A stretch of 64,000 bases of DNA, taken from NCBI GenBank assembly GCA_963707915.1, contig OY970178.1, positions 1,664,001-1,728,000 of the forward strand. Direction: 5' to 3'. A program made the position numbers and the translations under genes. This stretch comes from Candidatus Eiseniibacteriota bacterium. GTDB taxonomy: Bacteria > Eisenbacteria > RBG-16-71-46. The notes under the pieces were generated by a model. That model saw only the letters and a program-made list of their open reading frames with translations. It searched no databases and was not told the DNA's origin. Shown piece after piece: positions 9,028 to 18,543 of the stretch (position 1 is its first letter; each line of letters opens with the position of its first letter).

Positions 9028-11073
9028 TCAGCGGGCCGAGGCGGCGAGCTCGGCCCCGGCGCCTGCCGCCGCGCCCGCCCCTTCGGCGGGAGCCTCCGCC
9101 TCGTTCTGGCGCCGGGTGGCGATGCGGTGCAGTTCCACCACGTCCATGATGAGCGCGACCCGGCCGTCGCCCATGATGGTCGCCCCCATGACGGCGTCCA
9201 CCTTGCGGTAGTTCTGCTCCAGGCTCTTGATGACGACCTGGGACTGCCCGAGCACGTCGTCCACCAGCACCCCGAAGCGGCACTCGTCCGACTCCAGCAC
9301 CACGACGATGCCCTGGCACGGATCGGTCACCGCGCCGGAGACGCCCAGCAGACGGTCCAGCCGGAGCAGCGGGACCTGCTCGCCCCGCAACAGGAAGATC
9401 TCGCCGCGTCCGCCCAGCACGGTCTTGACCTCGCCGGGCGCCGGGCGCACCGATTGCGCGATGGCCAGCAGCGGGATGATGAACACCTCCCGGCCCACCT
9501 GGATCGACAGCCCGTCCAGGATGGCCAGCGTCAGCGGGATGCGGATGCGGAACCGGCTGCCCTGTCCCGGGACGCTCGACACGACGATCGCGCCGTTGAG
9601 CGCCTCGACGTTGCGCTTCACCACGTCCATGCCCACGCCGCGTCCCGAGACGTCGGTGACGACGGCCGCCGTGGAGAAGCCGGGGCGGAAGAGCAGCGCG
9701 TGGATGTCGTCGTCGGAGAGCACCGCGTCCGGGCGCACCAGGTCCTGGGCGACGGCCTTCGCCCGGATGCGATCCCGGTCGAGACCCTTGCCGTCGTCCG
9801 CGATCTCGATGACGACGTTGCCGCCCTCGTGGAACGCACGCAGGCGCACGACGCCCTCCTCGGGCTTGCCGCAGCGGGCCCGCTCCTCGGGCGATTCGAT
9901 GCCGTGGTCCACGGAATTGCGGATGAGGTGCGTGAGCGGATCGCCGAGCCGCTCGATCACGCTCTTGTCGAGCTCGGTGTCAGCGCCGGAGATGTCCAGG
10001 CGCACGCGCTTGCCCAGCGACAGGGCCAGGTCGTGCACGGTCCGCGGGAAGCGGTTGAACACCGACCCCACGGGCAGCATGCGGATGGACATCACGCGTT
10101 CCTGCAGGTCCCGCGTGCTGCGCACCACCATGCCCAGGGCCTCCTGGATCTGGATCAGGCCCTCACCGGTCATGCGCGTCGCGACCTGGCTCACCATGGC
10201 CTGGGCGATGACCAGTTCGCCCACCAGGTTGATGAGCCCGTCCACCTTCTCGGTGGGCACACGGATCGACGACGCATCGGCCTGGCGCCGGTTCGCGTGT
10301 TCCCCGGCGGATGCCGGCGCGGCCGGCGACGACGCGGTGGCGGCGGACGCCGCGGCGGTGTCCGGCACGAGCCGGATCGTGAGGTCGCAGGCGTCCTCGA
10401 CGAACATGAAGACGTCGCGGACCACCGCCTCGCTGGCCACGCCCCGCAACCGGTACGTCCACGACAGGTGACAGGCCTCGGGGTCCAGCGCCTCGAGCGC
10501 CGGGAGCCGGGACCGGTCGCAGTTCACCTCGATCACCTCGCCGAGGTCGGCGATCTCCCGCAGCAGGAGGAGCACGTCCTGCCCCTGCCCGAAGAAGCCC
10601 GAGTGCGGCCGGAAGCTCACTTCGCACACGGAGCCGGCGGCCGCCCCCGCCGCGGCGGGAGCCGGGGCCGGCCCGGCCGGCGCCGGCTCGACGGCGAGCC
10701 TGGCCTCCAGCTCGGCCACGGTCTCGTCGATCGGGACGGTCCCGGCCTGTTCGGCCCGGGTCGCCTCGACCAGGGCGCGCAGCAGGTCGGTCGCCTTGAG
10801 GAGCAACGCCGTGAGCGCGGGCTCCACCGCGAGCCGGCCGCCGCGCAGGCGGTCGAGCACGTTCTCGAGCACGTGGGTGAGGCGCGCGATCTCGGTGAAG
10901 CCGAAGCTGCCGCTGCCCCCCTTGATCGAGTGCGCCGCGCGGAAGATGGTGTTCAGCAGCTCGGGATCGGCCCCGCGGGTCTCCAGGTCAAGCAGCCCGG
11001 ACTCCATGGTGGCGAGATGCTCGTAGGCCTCCTCGAAGAAGGTCTCGTGGAAGCGCTTGAGGTCCACCTTCAT
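9028..11073 (-). CDS. cheA: chemotaxis histidine kinase CheA
   Basis: Hpt IFRAAHSIKGGSG, dimerisation SIRV...LINLVGELVI, HATPase HLIRNSVDHGIE and SGRGVGMDVV, C-terminal CheW-like domain. Confidence 0.98.
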   Translation of the reverse strand: MKVDLKRFHETFFEEAYEHLATMESGLLDLETRGADPELLNTIFRAAHSIKGGSGSFGFTEIARLTHVLENVLDRLRGGRLAVEPALTALLLKATDLLRALVEATRAEQAGTVPIDETVAELEARLAVEPAPAGPAPAPAAAGAAAGSVCEVSFRPHSGFFGQGQDVLLLLREIADLGEVIEVNCDRSRLPALEALDPEACHLSWTYRLRGVASEAVVRDVFMFVEDACDLTIRLVPDTAAASAATASSPAAPASAGEHANRRQADASSIRVPTEKVDGLINLVGELVIAQAMVSQVATRMTGEGLIQIQEALGMVVRSTRDLQERVMSIRMLPVGSVFNRFPRTVHDLALSLGKRVRLDISGADTELDKSVIERLGDPLTHLIRNSVDHGIESPEERARCGKPEEGVVRLRAFHEGGNVVIEIADDGKGLDRDRIRAKAVAQDLVRPDAVLSDDDIHALLFRPGFSTAAVVTDVSGRGVGMDVVKRNVEALNGAIVVSSVPGQGSRFRIRIPLTLAILDGLSIQVGREVFIIPLLAIAQSVRPAPGEVKTVLGGRGEIFLLRGEQVPLLRLDRLLGVSGAVTDPCQGIVVVLESDECRFGVLVDDVLGQSQVVIKSLEQNYRKVDAVMGATIMGDGRVALIMDVVELHRIATRRQNEAEAPAEGAGAAAGAGAELAASAR

Positions 11074-11080
11074 GGGGAGC

Positions 11081-11440
11081 CTACCCTCTCTCCGGCGCGG
11101 CGACCGCCGGCCGTTCGCCGCCGATGACCCCCGCGAGCCCGACGACGCGCAGGGTGTCCTCGACCGACGGGGCCATGGCCACCACCTTGAGGCTGCGTCC
11201 GCGCGCTGCGAGCTCCGCGCCCAGCGCGAGCAGCACCTGCAACGCGGCGCCGTCCAGGTACTCGGCGCGGGCGAGGTCGAGCGTCACCGTCCCGGTCCCG
11301 GCGAGCGCGGCCAGCGCCCCCTCCTTGAGCCGGCGCGCCAGCGCCGCGTTGATCGTGCCCTCCAGGCACAGGCGCCGCTGCGCGCCGTCCTCGTCGACCC
11401 GGATCGGCTGCACGGCTCCCTCCCTCGCGCTCGTCACCAT
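11081..11440 (-). CDS. STAS domain protein (alternative GTG start at 11413)
   Basis: LEGTINAA...VTLDLARAEYLDGAALQVLL...LRVVGL; immediately upstream of cheA. Confidence 0.85.
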   Translation of the reverse strand: MVTSAREGAVQPIRVDEDGAQRRLCLEGTINAALARRLKEGALAALAGTGTVTLDLARAEYLDGAALQVLLALGAELAARGRSLKVVAMAPSVEDTLRVVGLAGVIGGERPAVAAPERG

Positions 11441-11452
11441 CGGGGCCCCCTC

Positions 11453-12817
11453 CTAGAACAGCACGTCATCCACGGCCTGGGCGGCGGCGCCCACCGCGGA
11501 GGCCTCGGCGGGGGCGGTCGCCCCGCTCGCCGGGCTCGCGGACGGCGCCTCCCCGACCAGGTCGGTGTCGCCCTTCACCACGCGCAGCCCGAGGCTGAAC
11601 ACCTGGTCGTCGAGGCAGCGGAACACGGTCCGGAGGTCGGCGGGCGCCTCCCCGACCTCCTCGGTCACCACCTCGGGCAGCCCCATCTTGAGGTCGAACC
11701 CGCGCGAGTGGAGACCGGCGCGGATGCGGCCGGCGATCGTGTTGACCAGCTCGTAGAGCACCTCGGAGCTGCCGTCCTCGAAGGTGCTCTCCCGGCGCAG
11801 CACCTGGGAGCCGATCTTCTCCGCCTGGGCGCGGCCGATGAGCATCTCGGTGTGGAGGGTGGCGCCGCTCTCGGCGTCGCGCAGGGTGACCCGCGCGCAC
11901 ACGCCGGTCGGGCACTCGACGCCCTTCTGCTCCTCCTCGCCGTAGGCCAGGACCTCCTTGCCCATCATCACGCCCATGGTCTGCTGGGTGGCCGTGACGA
12001 GCTCCTTGCGCAGGCCCTCGCGCACCAGGTGGCGCAGCTTCTCGAGCGTGTTCTGGTCGCGCAGCACGACCCGGCGGAACTCCTCGAGGAACTGCTCGGG
12101 GACGAACGACTTGCGCACCACGCCCGCGTAGCGCGCGGCCTTGGCGGCCTCCACGTCCGAGTTCGAGAACAGGAAGATCTGCGGCGGGGTCGAGCCGTCC
12201 TGGATGGACATCTTGCGGATGACGTCCGCCAGCACGTCCTCGCCCATGAGCGGGAGCCCCTCCGCCAGGCACACCAGGCTGGGCTTCACCGTCGCCTCGC
12301 GGAAGCGGACGGCCGCCTGCGTGCTCGAGGAGACGTCGGTGACGTCGAACTCCTGGTCGAGGAGCGGCCGCGCGAAGGCCAGGAAGTTGGGGTCGGCGTC
12401 CACCATGAGCAGGGTGTTGAAGGTCCCGCCCTCGCGGCGCTGGCGCCACTGGGTCGAGCGCAGCATGACGCTCTTGAAGCGCGGCAGCGCGTCGACCGGG
12501 TTGATGGGCTTGAGCATGTAGTCGACGACGCCGAGCCCCAGCATGCGCGTCACGTTCTCCTTGGTGCTCGACGCCGAGACGCAGATCACCGGCACGTCGG
12601 CCCGCTGGGGCGACTGGCGGATGGCGCAGAGCGCCTCCAGCCCGCTCAGGATCGGCATCTCGATGTCGAGCACCAGGAAGTCGGGGTCCACCAGCTCGAG
12701 CTGCTGGAGCGCCGACAGGCCGTTGTCCGCCTCCACCACCTCGACGTTGAGGTGGCTGAGGAGGCGCTTGATCACCGCTCGCGAGATGCGGTCGTTGTCG
12801 ACGACGAGGGCCTTCAT
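11453..12817 (-). CDS. REC + degenerate REC + CheX/CheC-like phosphatase domain protein
   Basis: REC1 LVVDND/VLDIEMP/LKP; REC2 lacks the acceptor Asp; C-terminal LYELVNTIAG (ExxN) followed by MGLPEVV. Confidence 0.8.
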   Translation of the reverse strand: MKALVVDNDRISRAVIKRLLSHLNVEVVEADNGLSALQQLELVDPDFLVLDIEMPILSGLEALCAIRQSPQRADVPVICVSASSTKENVTRMLGLGVVDYMLKPINPVDALPRFKSVMLRSTQWRQRREGGTFNTLLMVDADPNFLAFARPLLDQEFDVTDVSSSTQAAVRFREATVKPSLVCLAEGLPLMGEDVLADVIRKMSIQDGSTPPQIFLFSNSDVEAAKAARYAGVVRKSFVPEQFLEEFRRVVLRDQNTLEKLRHLVREGLRKELVTATQQTMGVMMGKEVLAYGEEEQKGVECPTGVCARVTLRDAESGATLHTEMLIGRAQAEKIGSQVLRRESTFEDGSSEVLYELVNTIAGRIRAGLHSRGFDLKMGLPEVVTEEVGEAPADLRTVFRCLDDQVFSLGLRVVKGDTDLVGEAPSASPASGATAPAEASAVGAAAQAVDDVLF

Positions 12818-12820
12818 GGC

Positions 12821-13435
12821 TCAGAACAGCTCGATGCCGCCGGAGTCCAGGGACTGCTGCTGGACCGTCTTGCGCGCCACCGCGAGGAGCTCCGACCGGT
12901 GCGCGTCGAGGCGCCGGAACAGCTCGTCCAGCACCTCGTTGGTCAGCGGCGCCACGGGGTTGTCGGGATGGGGGTGCAGGACCGACATGTCCTTCGAGAA
13001 GCGCTCCAGCGTCGTCAGGCGGCGGCCCACGTGCTGGAGCAGCTGGGTGGCCATGTCCTCGAACTGCAGGCTCTGGACCGTGCTGCCCGTCCTCGAGGTG
13101 ATTTCCATGGCGATCGCCGCAACCTGGCCCATGGGCGCCCCGCCAGGCGTGGACTGGGCCACGTCGATCAGGCGCACCAGATCCGCCAGGCTGCCAGTCA
13201 TCTCGCAGAACGCCGTGGAGAGCTTCTCGGCAGCGTCCGCCAGGATCCCGCGCAGCTGGTCGAGGTCCACCGCCGTCGTGTTGAACTCGCTGTGCAGCGT
13301 GGTGTGCACCTCGTCGCGCAGCAGGTACAGCCGCTCCCGGATCTCGGGCGGCGGAACGGGGATGCCGTCCCACCGGGCGGGACAGGCCACGGCATCGACC
13401 GCGCCCGTGGCGTCACCAACCGGACCATTCGTCAT
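12821..13435 (-). CDS. CheZ-like / MCP-tail-like helical chemotaxis protein
   Basis: VQSLQFEDMATQLLQHV (DxxxQ) and C-terminal VQQQSLDSGGIELF; lies directly downstream of cheY. Confidence 0.6.
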   Translation of the reverse strand: MTNGPVGDATGAVDAVACPARWDGIPVPPPEIRERLYLLRDEVHTTLHSEFNTTAVDLDQLRGILADAAEKLSTAFCEMTGSLADLVRLIDVAQSTPGGAPMGQVAAIAMEITSRTGSTVQSLQFEDMATQLLQHVGRRLTTLERFSKDMSVLHPHPDNPVAPLTNEVLDELFRRLDAHRSELLAVARKTVQQQSLDSGGIELF

Positions 13436-13499
13436 CGTGTCCTCCGTCGAGAAGAAAGGCGACCCGGGGCCCGCAGGGGGTTTGGAGGCTCGTCCCGGC

Positions 13500-13871
13500 C
13501 TAGGACTTCGGTACGACCTTCGCGATCACCTGCAGCAGCATCTCCGGGTTGAAGGGCTTCACCAGCCAGCCGGTCGCGCCGGCGGCCTTTCCCTGCGCCT
13601 TCATGTCGGCCTGGGACTCCGTCGTCAGCATGAGGATCGGGGTGAACTTGTACTCGTCCCGGGCCCGGACCGCCTTGATGAAGGTGAGCCCGTCCATCAC
13701 CGGCATGTTGAGGTCGGTGATGATCAGGTCCAGCGGCGCTCCGGAGAGCTGCTCCAGCCCGTCCTGGCCGTTCTTCCCGACCAGGGGTTCGAAGCCGGCC
13801 TGCTTCAACGTATAGGACACCATCTCCCGCATCGTCGCGGAATCGTCGACCACCAGGGCGCTCTTGCTCAC
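13500..13871 (-). CDS. cheY: chemotaxis response regulator CheY
   Basis: GTG start at 13871; LVVDDSATMR...IITDLNMPVMDG...PILMLTTES...GATGWLVKPF. Confidence 0.95.
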   Translation of the reverse strand: MSKSALVVDDSATMREMVSYTLKQAGFEPLVGKNGQDGLEQLSGAPLDLIITDLNMPVMDGLTFIKAVRARDEYKFTPILMLTTESQADMKAQGKAAGATGWLVKPFNPEMLLQVIAKVVPKS

Positions 13872-13964
13872 GGATCCGCCTCGGGTTGAGGAACACGCGG
13901 CTCGTCCCCGACGGGGGACATCGAAACCCCTGACGAGCGGGGAGCCGCCGGGAGTCTTCGTTGA

Positions 13965-13991
13965 GTATCGGGCCGGGGGTGGATTCCTTGA
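13965..13991 (-). promoter_or_regulatory. sigma-28 promoter of the cheY operon
   Basis: TCAA-N15-CCCGATAC on the minus strand. Confidence 0.75.
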
Positions 13992-14040
13992 GGCCGCCCG
14001 CCGGGCCCCGCGAAGCCCCGCGCCGCCCCCCCGCCGGGCC

Positions 14041-14067
14041 TCAAGACACGCTCCGCCAAACCGATAC
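14041..14067 (+). promoter_or_regulatory. sigma-28 promoter of motAB
   Basis: TCAA-N15-ACCGATAC. Confidence 0.8.
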
Positions 14068-14120
14068 TGGATGCACGGCCGTACGTCTGCCGGCCCGGTC
14101 GAACCCCTGGGAGCGTGCGA

Positions 14121-15004
14121 ATGATCGCCCTGATCGGACTGATCGTGGTCATCGGGTCGGTGATCGGCGGATTCACCATCGCCGGGGGGAAGCTCGTCGC
14201 CCTCTTCCAGCTCTCGGAGCTGGTCACGATCATCGGCACGGCCACCGGGACGGTGCTCATCGCGACCCCCCCCGCGGTCCTCAAGTCGCTCGGGGCCAAG
14301 CTGCCGAAGCTCATCCAGCCCTCCCCGTTCGGCAAGACGCTCTACCTCGACATGCTCAAGATGATGTACGAGATCTTCCAGACCGCGCGCCGCGACGGCC
14401 TGGTGGCCATCGAGGCCCACATCGAGGCCCCGGCGAAGAGCGCGCTCTTCGCCCGCTACCCGCAGGTCCTCCGCCACCACCACGCGATCGTCTACCTGTG
14501 CGACTCGCTGCGGCTGGTGCTGGTCGGCAGCGTGCCGCCGCACGACCTCGAGGCCCTGATGGACGGCGAGATCGACGTCCACCACGAGCAGGAGGCGATG
14601 CCGGTAACGACGATGACACGGGTGGGCGACGCGCTGCCCGGCATCGGCATCGTGGCGGCGGTGCTCGGCATCGTGGTCACGATGGGCGCGATCTCCGGCC
14701 CGGTGGAGCAGATCGGCGAGAAGGTGGCCGCCGCCCTGGTCGGGACGTTCCTCGGCGTGCTCTGCGCCTACGGCTTCGTGAACCCGATCGCCCAGGGGCT
14801 CGAGCACGTCAACACCGCGGAGTCGCGCATCTTCTACGTCGCCAAGGCGTGCGTCGTGGCCTTCGCGAAGGGCTTCTCCCCGATCGTCGCCGTCGAGTTC
14901 GGGCGGCGCGCGATCTTCGCCGAGGTGCGGCCGACCTTCGCCGAGATGGAGAGCCGCCTGCAAGAGCCTCAAGGGACCGGGCAAGGGCGGAGCGGGCGCG
15001 GTGA
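14121..15004 (+). CDS. motA: flagellar stator MotA (3' end frameshifted near 14950; end inferred from GTGA overlap with motB)
   Basis: 4 TM; LFQLSELVTIIG, RRDGLVAIE, DALPGIGIVAAVLGIV, ALVGTFLG, AVEFGRR, RPTFAEME; no in-frame stop. Confidence 0.93.
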
Positions 15005-15858
15005 ACAAGAACCGCGAGGTACCGGTCATCATCATCGTGAAGAAGCGCGGTCACCGCGGCGGGCACCACGGCGGCGCCTGGAAGGTGGCTTTCGCCGACT
15101 TCATGACCGCCATGTTCGCGCTCTTCCTGGTGCTGTGGATCGTGAACCAGAGCACCGACATCCGCTCGGCGGTCGCGGGCTACTTCCAGGACCCGCTCGG
15201 GCGCGCCGACGAGTTCGGCAGCTCGATCATGCCCGGCGAGGGCGCGCAGAGCTCCACCGTGCGCCCGCTCTCGCCGAGCGAGGTGGTGGAGATGCGCCGC
15301 AACCGCCTGGGGGCGCTCGCCCAGCGCCTCGAGGGCCAGCTCGACAAGGTCGCCGACCTCGGCGCCGCCCGGGACAAGATCGAGATCCAGCTGACCAGCG
15401 ACGGGCTGCGCATCCAGCTGCTCGAGGACTCGACCGGCGTGTTCTTCGACACCGGCAGCTCCACTCCCAACCCGCGCGGCGTGCAGATCCTCGCGCTGCT
15501 CGGGCGGGAGCTCGGCGCCCTGCCCAACGCCGTGCGGGTCGAGGGCTACACCGACGCCCGTCCGTACGCGGGCAACAGCGCCTACTCGAACTGGGAGCTC
15601 AGCGCCGACCGGGCCAACGCGGCCCGCCGCGTCCTGGGGCGGAACGGCCTGGCCCCCGACCAGGTGGTGCAGATCCGCGGCCTCGCCGACCACGAGCTGC
15701 GCGACCCGGGCAACCCGTACTCGGCCTGCAACCGGCGGATCACGATCACCATGCTGACGGAGTACGCACGGCCGCCCGAGATGCGCTCGCCCGACGGCCT
15801 GCCGCCCGACTCCATGCCGGGCAGCCACCGCGCGACGGCGCCGGAGACCTCCACGTGA
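15001..15858 (+). CDS. motB: flagellar stator MotB
   Basis: HHGGAWKVAFADFMTAMFALFLVLW; OmpA-like VEGYTD...NWELSADRANAAR...NRRI. Confidence 0.97.
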   Translation: MNKNREVPVIIIVKKRGHRGGHHGGAWKVAFADFMTAMFALFLVLWIVNQSTDIRSAVAGYFQDPLGRADEFGSSIMPGEGAQSSTVRPLSPSEVVEMRRNRLGALAQRLEGQLDKVADLGAARDKIEIQLTSDGLRIQLLEDSTGVFFDTGSSTPNPRGVQILALLGRELGALPNAVRVEGYTDARPYAGNSAYSNWELSADRANAARRVLGRNGLAPDQVVQIRGLADHELRDPGNPYSACNRRITITMLTEYARPPEMRSPDGLPPDSMPGSHRATAPETST

Positions 15859-17045
15859 GCGGCCCGGCGACCGTGCTGCTGGCCTCGGCCGACGACGCGG
15901 TGGTGGGGGGCTTCACCGCCATGCTGGCCCTGGTGCCCGGGGTCCGTCCGCTGGTGACCCCCCACGGGGCGGACGTGCTGCCGCTGGTGCGGGAGCAGCA
16001 GCCCGACCTGGTGATCGTCGACCACGAGCTCATCGGCGAGCGCGCCTTCGACCTGTGCCGCGGCCTGCGTGCCCAGCCGGGCATGGCCGACGCGATGATC
16101 GTGCTGGTGGTGTCCAGCGACAGCACCGAGTTCAAGCGCCAGGGACTGGCCGTCGGGGTGGACGAGTACCTCACCCGACCGGTGGAGCCCGCCGACCTGA
16201 TGGCGAAGGTGCGCTGGATGCAGCGCATCAAGCGGGTGAACGACGAGCTCCGCTCCGACCGCCAGGAGCTCGAGCGGCTGCACGTGGAGCTCCGCCTGGG
16301 CTTCGACCACCTGCTCGAACTGCTCGTGAGCCTCGTGGACATGCGGCTCCCCGGCGCCGCCGCGCGCGGCGAGCGGATCGTGGAGCTGGCCCGGGGACTG
16401 GCGGAACGGTTCGAGGTCCCGCTCTCGATGTGCCGCGACCTCGACATCGCCGCCCGCCTGCACGAGATGGGCCGCGTCCTGGCCGCGGGCGACGGGCGGG
16501 ACGGCGAGCCCGGCCCGCCGCCGGCCCACGACACCCGGTTCGTCCTCGCCACCCGCGCCCTGCTGCAGCGCGTGGACGGCCTGCGCGAGGCCGGCGACCT
16601 GGTGGGCGCGATCTTCGAGAACTGGGACGGCTCCGGCTTCCCCAGCCACCTGCAGCAGGGCCAGATCCCGCTGCGCTCCCGGATCCTGCGCGTGATCATC
16701 GACTTCACGACCGCGCTCGCGGCCGAGGGCGAGGCCTCCGTCGACGAGATCATGGACCGGCTCGACGAGCGCCGGGGCACCTGCTACGACCCCATGGTCA
16801 TCGTCCAGCTGCAGGAGATGCTCGCCAGCGGGCCCCAGCACGAGCTGCGCGACTCGCGCATCCGGCTGGCCATCCCGGACCTCGAGGCGGGGATGGTGCT
16901 GGCCGAGGACCTGTGCACGGACTCGGGCCTCAAGCTGCTCGCGCGGGGCACCCGGCTGTCGTCGTCGGTGCTGGAGACCATCCGGCGGCGGCACCACCTC
17001 GAGCCCCTGCTCGAAGGCGCGACCATCCTGAAGCAGTCCGCCTGA
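15855..17045 (+). CDS. response regulator with degenerate HD-GYP domain
   Basis: GTG overlapping the motB stop; REC (PDLVIVD), coiled coil, AARLHEMG, IFENWDGSGFP, IPLRSRIL, YDP, C-terminal LEAGMVLAEDL. Confidence 0.85.
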   Translation: MSGPATVLLASADDAVVGGFTAMLALVPGVRPLVTPHGADVLPLVREQQPDLVIVDHELIGERAFDLCRGLRAQPGMADAMIVLVVSSDSTEFKRQGLAVGVDEYLTRPVEPADLMAKVRWMQRIKRVNDELRSDRQELERLHVELRLGFDHLLELLVSLVDMRLPGAAARGERIVELARGLAERFEVPLSMCRDLDIAARLHEMGRVLAAGDGRDGEPGPPPAHDTRFVLATRALLQRVDGLREAGDLVGAIFENWDGSGFPSHLQQGQIPLRSRILRVIIDFTTALAAEGEASVDEIMDRLDERRGTCYDPMVIVQLQEMLASGPQHELRDSRIRLAIPDLEAGMVLAEDLCTDSGLKLLARGTRLSSSVLETIRRRHHLEPLLEGATILKQSA

Positions 17046-17179
17046 CCCCTCCGCCACCCCCTGGACCGGCAGCCCGGGCGTGACGCGGGCGCGAGGCGCC
17101 CGCCCCCCGCGACGCGCGCGAACGGCCGGGAGGTGCCACACCCCCCGGCGGCACTCGCGAACCGTCGCTGCGACCGCTC

Positions 17180-18541
17180 TCAGATCATCTGGAGCACGCT
17201 CTGCATCATCTCGTTGGCGACGTTCACGATGCGTGCGGCCGCGGTGTAGGCCTGCTGCTGGCTGATGAGCGCGACCATCTCCTCGTCCACCGAGACGCCG
17301 CTGATGCTGGCGCGCAACGTGTCGGCCTGGTCCACCATCGCCTGGTGCGCGGACGCGTCCTGGGACGCGCTGCTCACGCTGGACCCGACCTGCCCGGAGA
17401 GATCGATGTAGAACTCCCGGAAGCTCCTCCCGCCCAGCGCCGCGACACCGGTCGTGGCCAGGGCCGCGAGCTGCTGCGCGACCGTGCCGTCGCCGGCGGC
17501 CGCGATCCCGCCCGCCGCGATGGCGTCTCCGGAGGCGAGCACTCCGGGAGCCAGCGCGATGCTCTGCGCGGTCACCCCCGCCGGGTCGAAGAAGTCGGTG
17601 TTGGTCGCGCCGTTCAGGGTGTAGCCGGTGCGGTGGATCGCGTTCACGGTCGTGACCAGCGCCCGGGCCAGGGAGTCGAGCTGGGCCTCGATGCCGGGCA
17701 GCGTGGTCGTGGTGAGCTCGCAGAGCGCGGCCAGGCTCCCCGACTTCGGGGCCACCGTGCCGCCCCCGGAGGTGACCAGGCTGTAGCCGCCCCCCGGCAG
17801 CGCGTTCACCGCCAGCGCCTGGGCGTTCGAACCGTCCACGATGATCGTGTCGCCCGCGGCCACCGCGATGGTGCCGTCGCTGCGGTCCATCACGCGCACT
17901 CCGACCAGGCCGGAGAGCTGGTCCACGAGCAGGTCGCGCCGGTCCTGCAGATCGGGGGCCGTCCCGCCCGGGCCGCTGGCGAGGATCTGCCCGTTGAGCT
18001 CGCCGATCTGGCGGGCGAGGTCGTTCACCTGGCCCACCTGGTCGCGGATCTGCGCCAGCGCGCCGTCGGCGATCTCGTGCACCGCGGTGTCGAGCTGCTG
18101 GAGTTGCTGCACGAATCGCCGGCCCGCCTGCTGCACGAGCGAACGGCTGGTGGGGCTGGCCGGGTTGTTCGCCAGGTTGGCGAACGCGCCGAAGAAGCCG
18201 TCGAGCGACGCCGCGAGCCCGTCGGTCGAAGGCTCGTGGATGGCCGCCTCGACCTGGCCCAGGAAGTCCCCCATGGTGGCGGAGTTGCCCAGGAGCCCCG
18301 ATTCGCTGCGATAGCGGGAGTCGAAGAAGGTGTTGCGCACGCGCTCGATGCCGGCCTCGGTCACGCCCCGGCCGATGGGCCCCATCGGCGTGAGCTGCGG
18401 CGCGGCCGCGGTGAGCGTGAGTCGCTGGCGGCTGTAGCCCGCCGTCTGGGCGTTCGCGACGTTGTGCGCGGTCACGCTCATCGCGTTCTGCTGGGCGAAC
18501 ATCGCGGACCGCGCGATGCTCAACAGGCTGGCGAGGGACAT
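17180..18541 (-). CDS. flgK: hook-associated protein FlgK
   Basis: VTAHNVANAQTAGYSRQR; DLQDRRDLLVDQLS; ISGVSVDEEMVALISQQQAYTAAAR. Confidence 0.96.
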   Translation of the reverse strand: MSLASLLSIARSAMFAQQNAMSVTAHNVANAQTAGYSRQRLTLTAAAPQLTPMGPIGRGVTEAGIERVRNTFFDSRYRSESGLLGNSATMGDFLGQVEAAIHEPSTDGLAASLDGFFGAFANLANNPASPTSRSLVQQAGRRFVQQLQQLDTAVHEIADGALAQIRDQVGQVNDLARQIGELNGQILASGPGGTAPDLQDRRDLLVDQLSGLVGVRVMDRSDGTIAVAAGDTIIVDGSNAQALAVNALPGGGYSLVTSGGGTVAPKSGSLAALCELTTTTLPGIEAQLDSLARALVTTVNAIHRTGYTLNGATNTDFFDPAGVTAQSIALAPGVLASGDAIAAGGIAAAGDGTVAQQLAALATTGVAALGGRSFREFYIDLSGQVGSSVSSASQDASAHQAMVDQADTLRASISGVSVDEEMVALISQQQAYTAAARIVNVANEMMQSVLQMI

Positions 18542-18543
18542 GG

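Noticed and set aside
14115..17045. 976-aa ORF suggesting a MotA-HD-GYP fusion
   Set aside because: It reads through motB out of frame with a junk middle segment, caused by the motA 3' frameshift.
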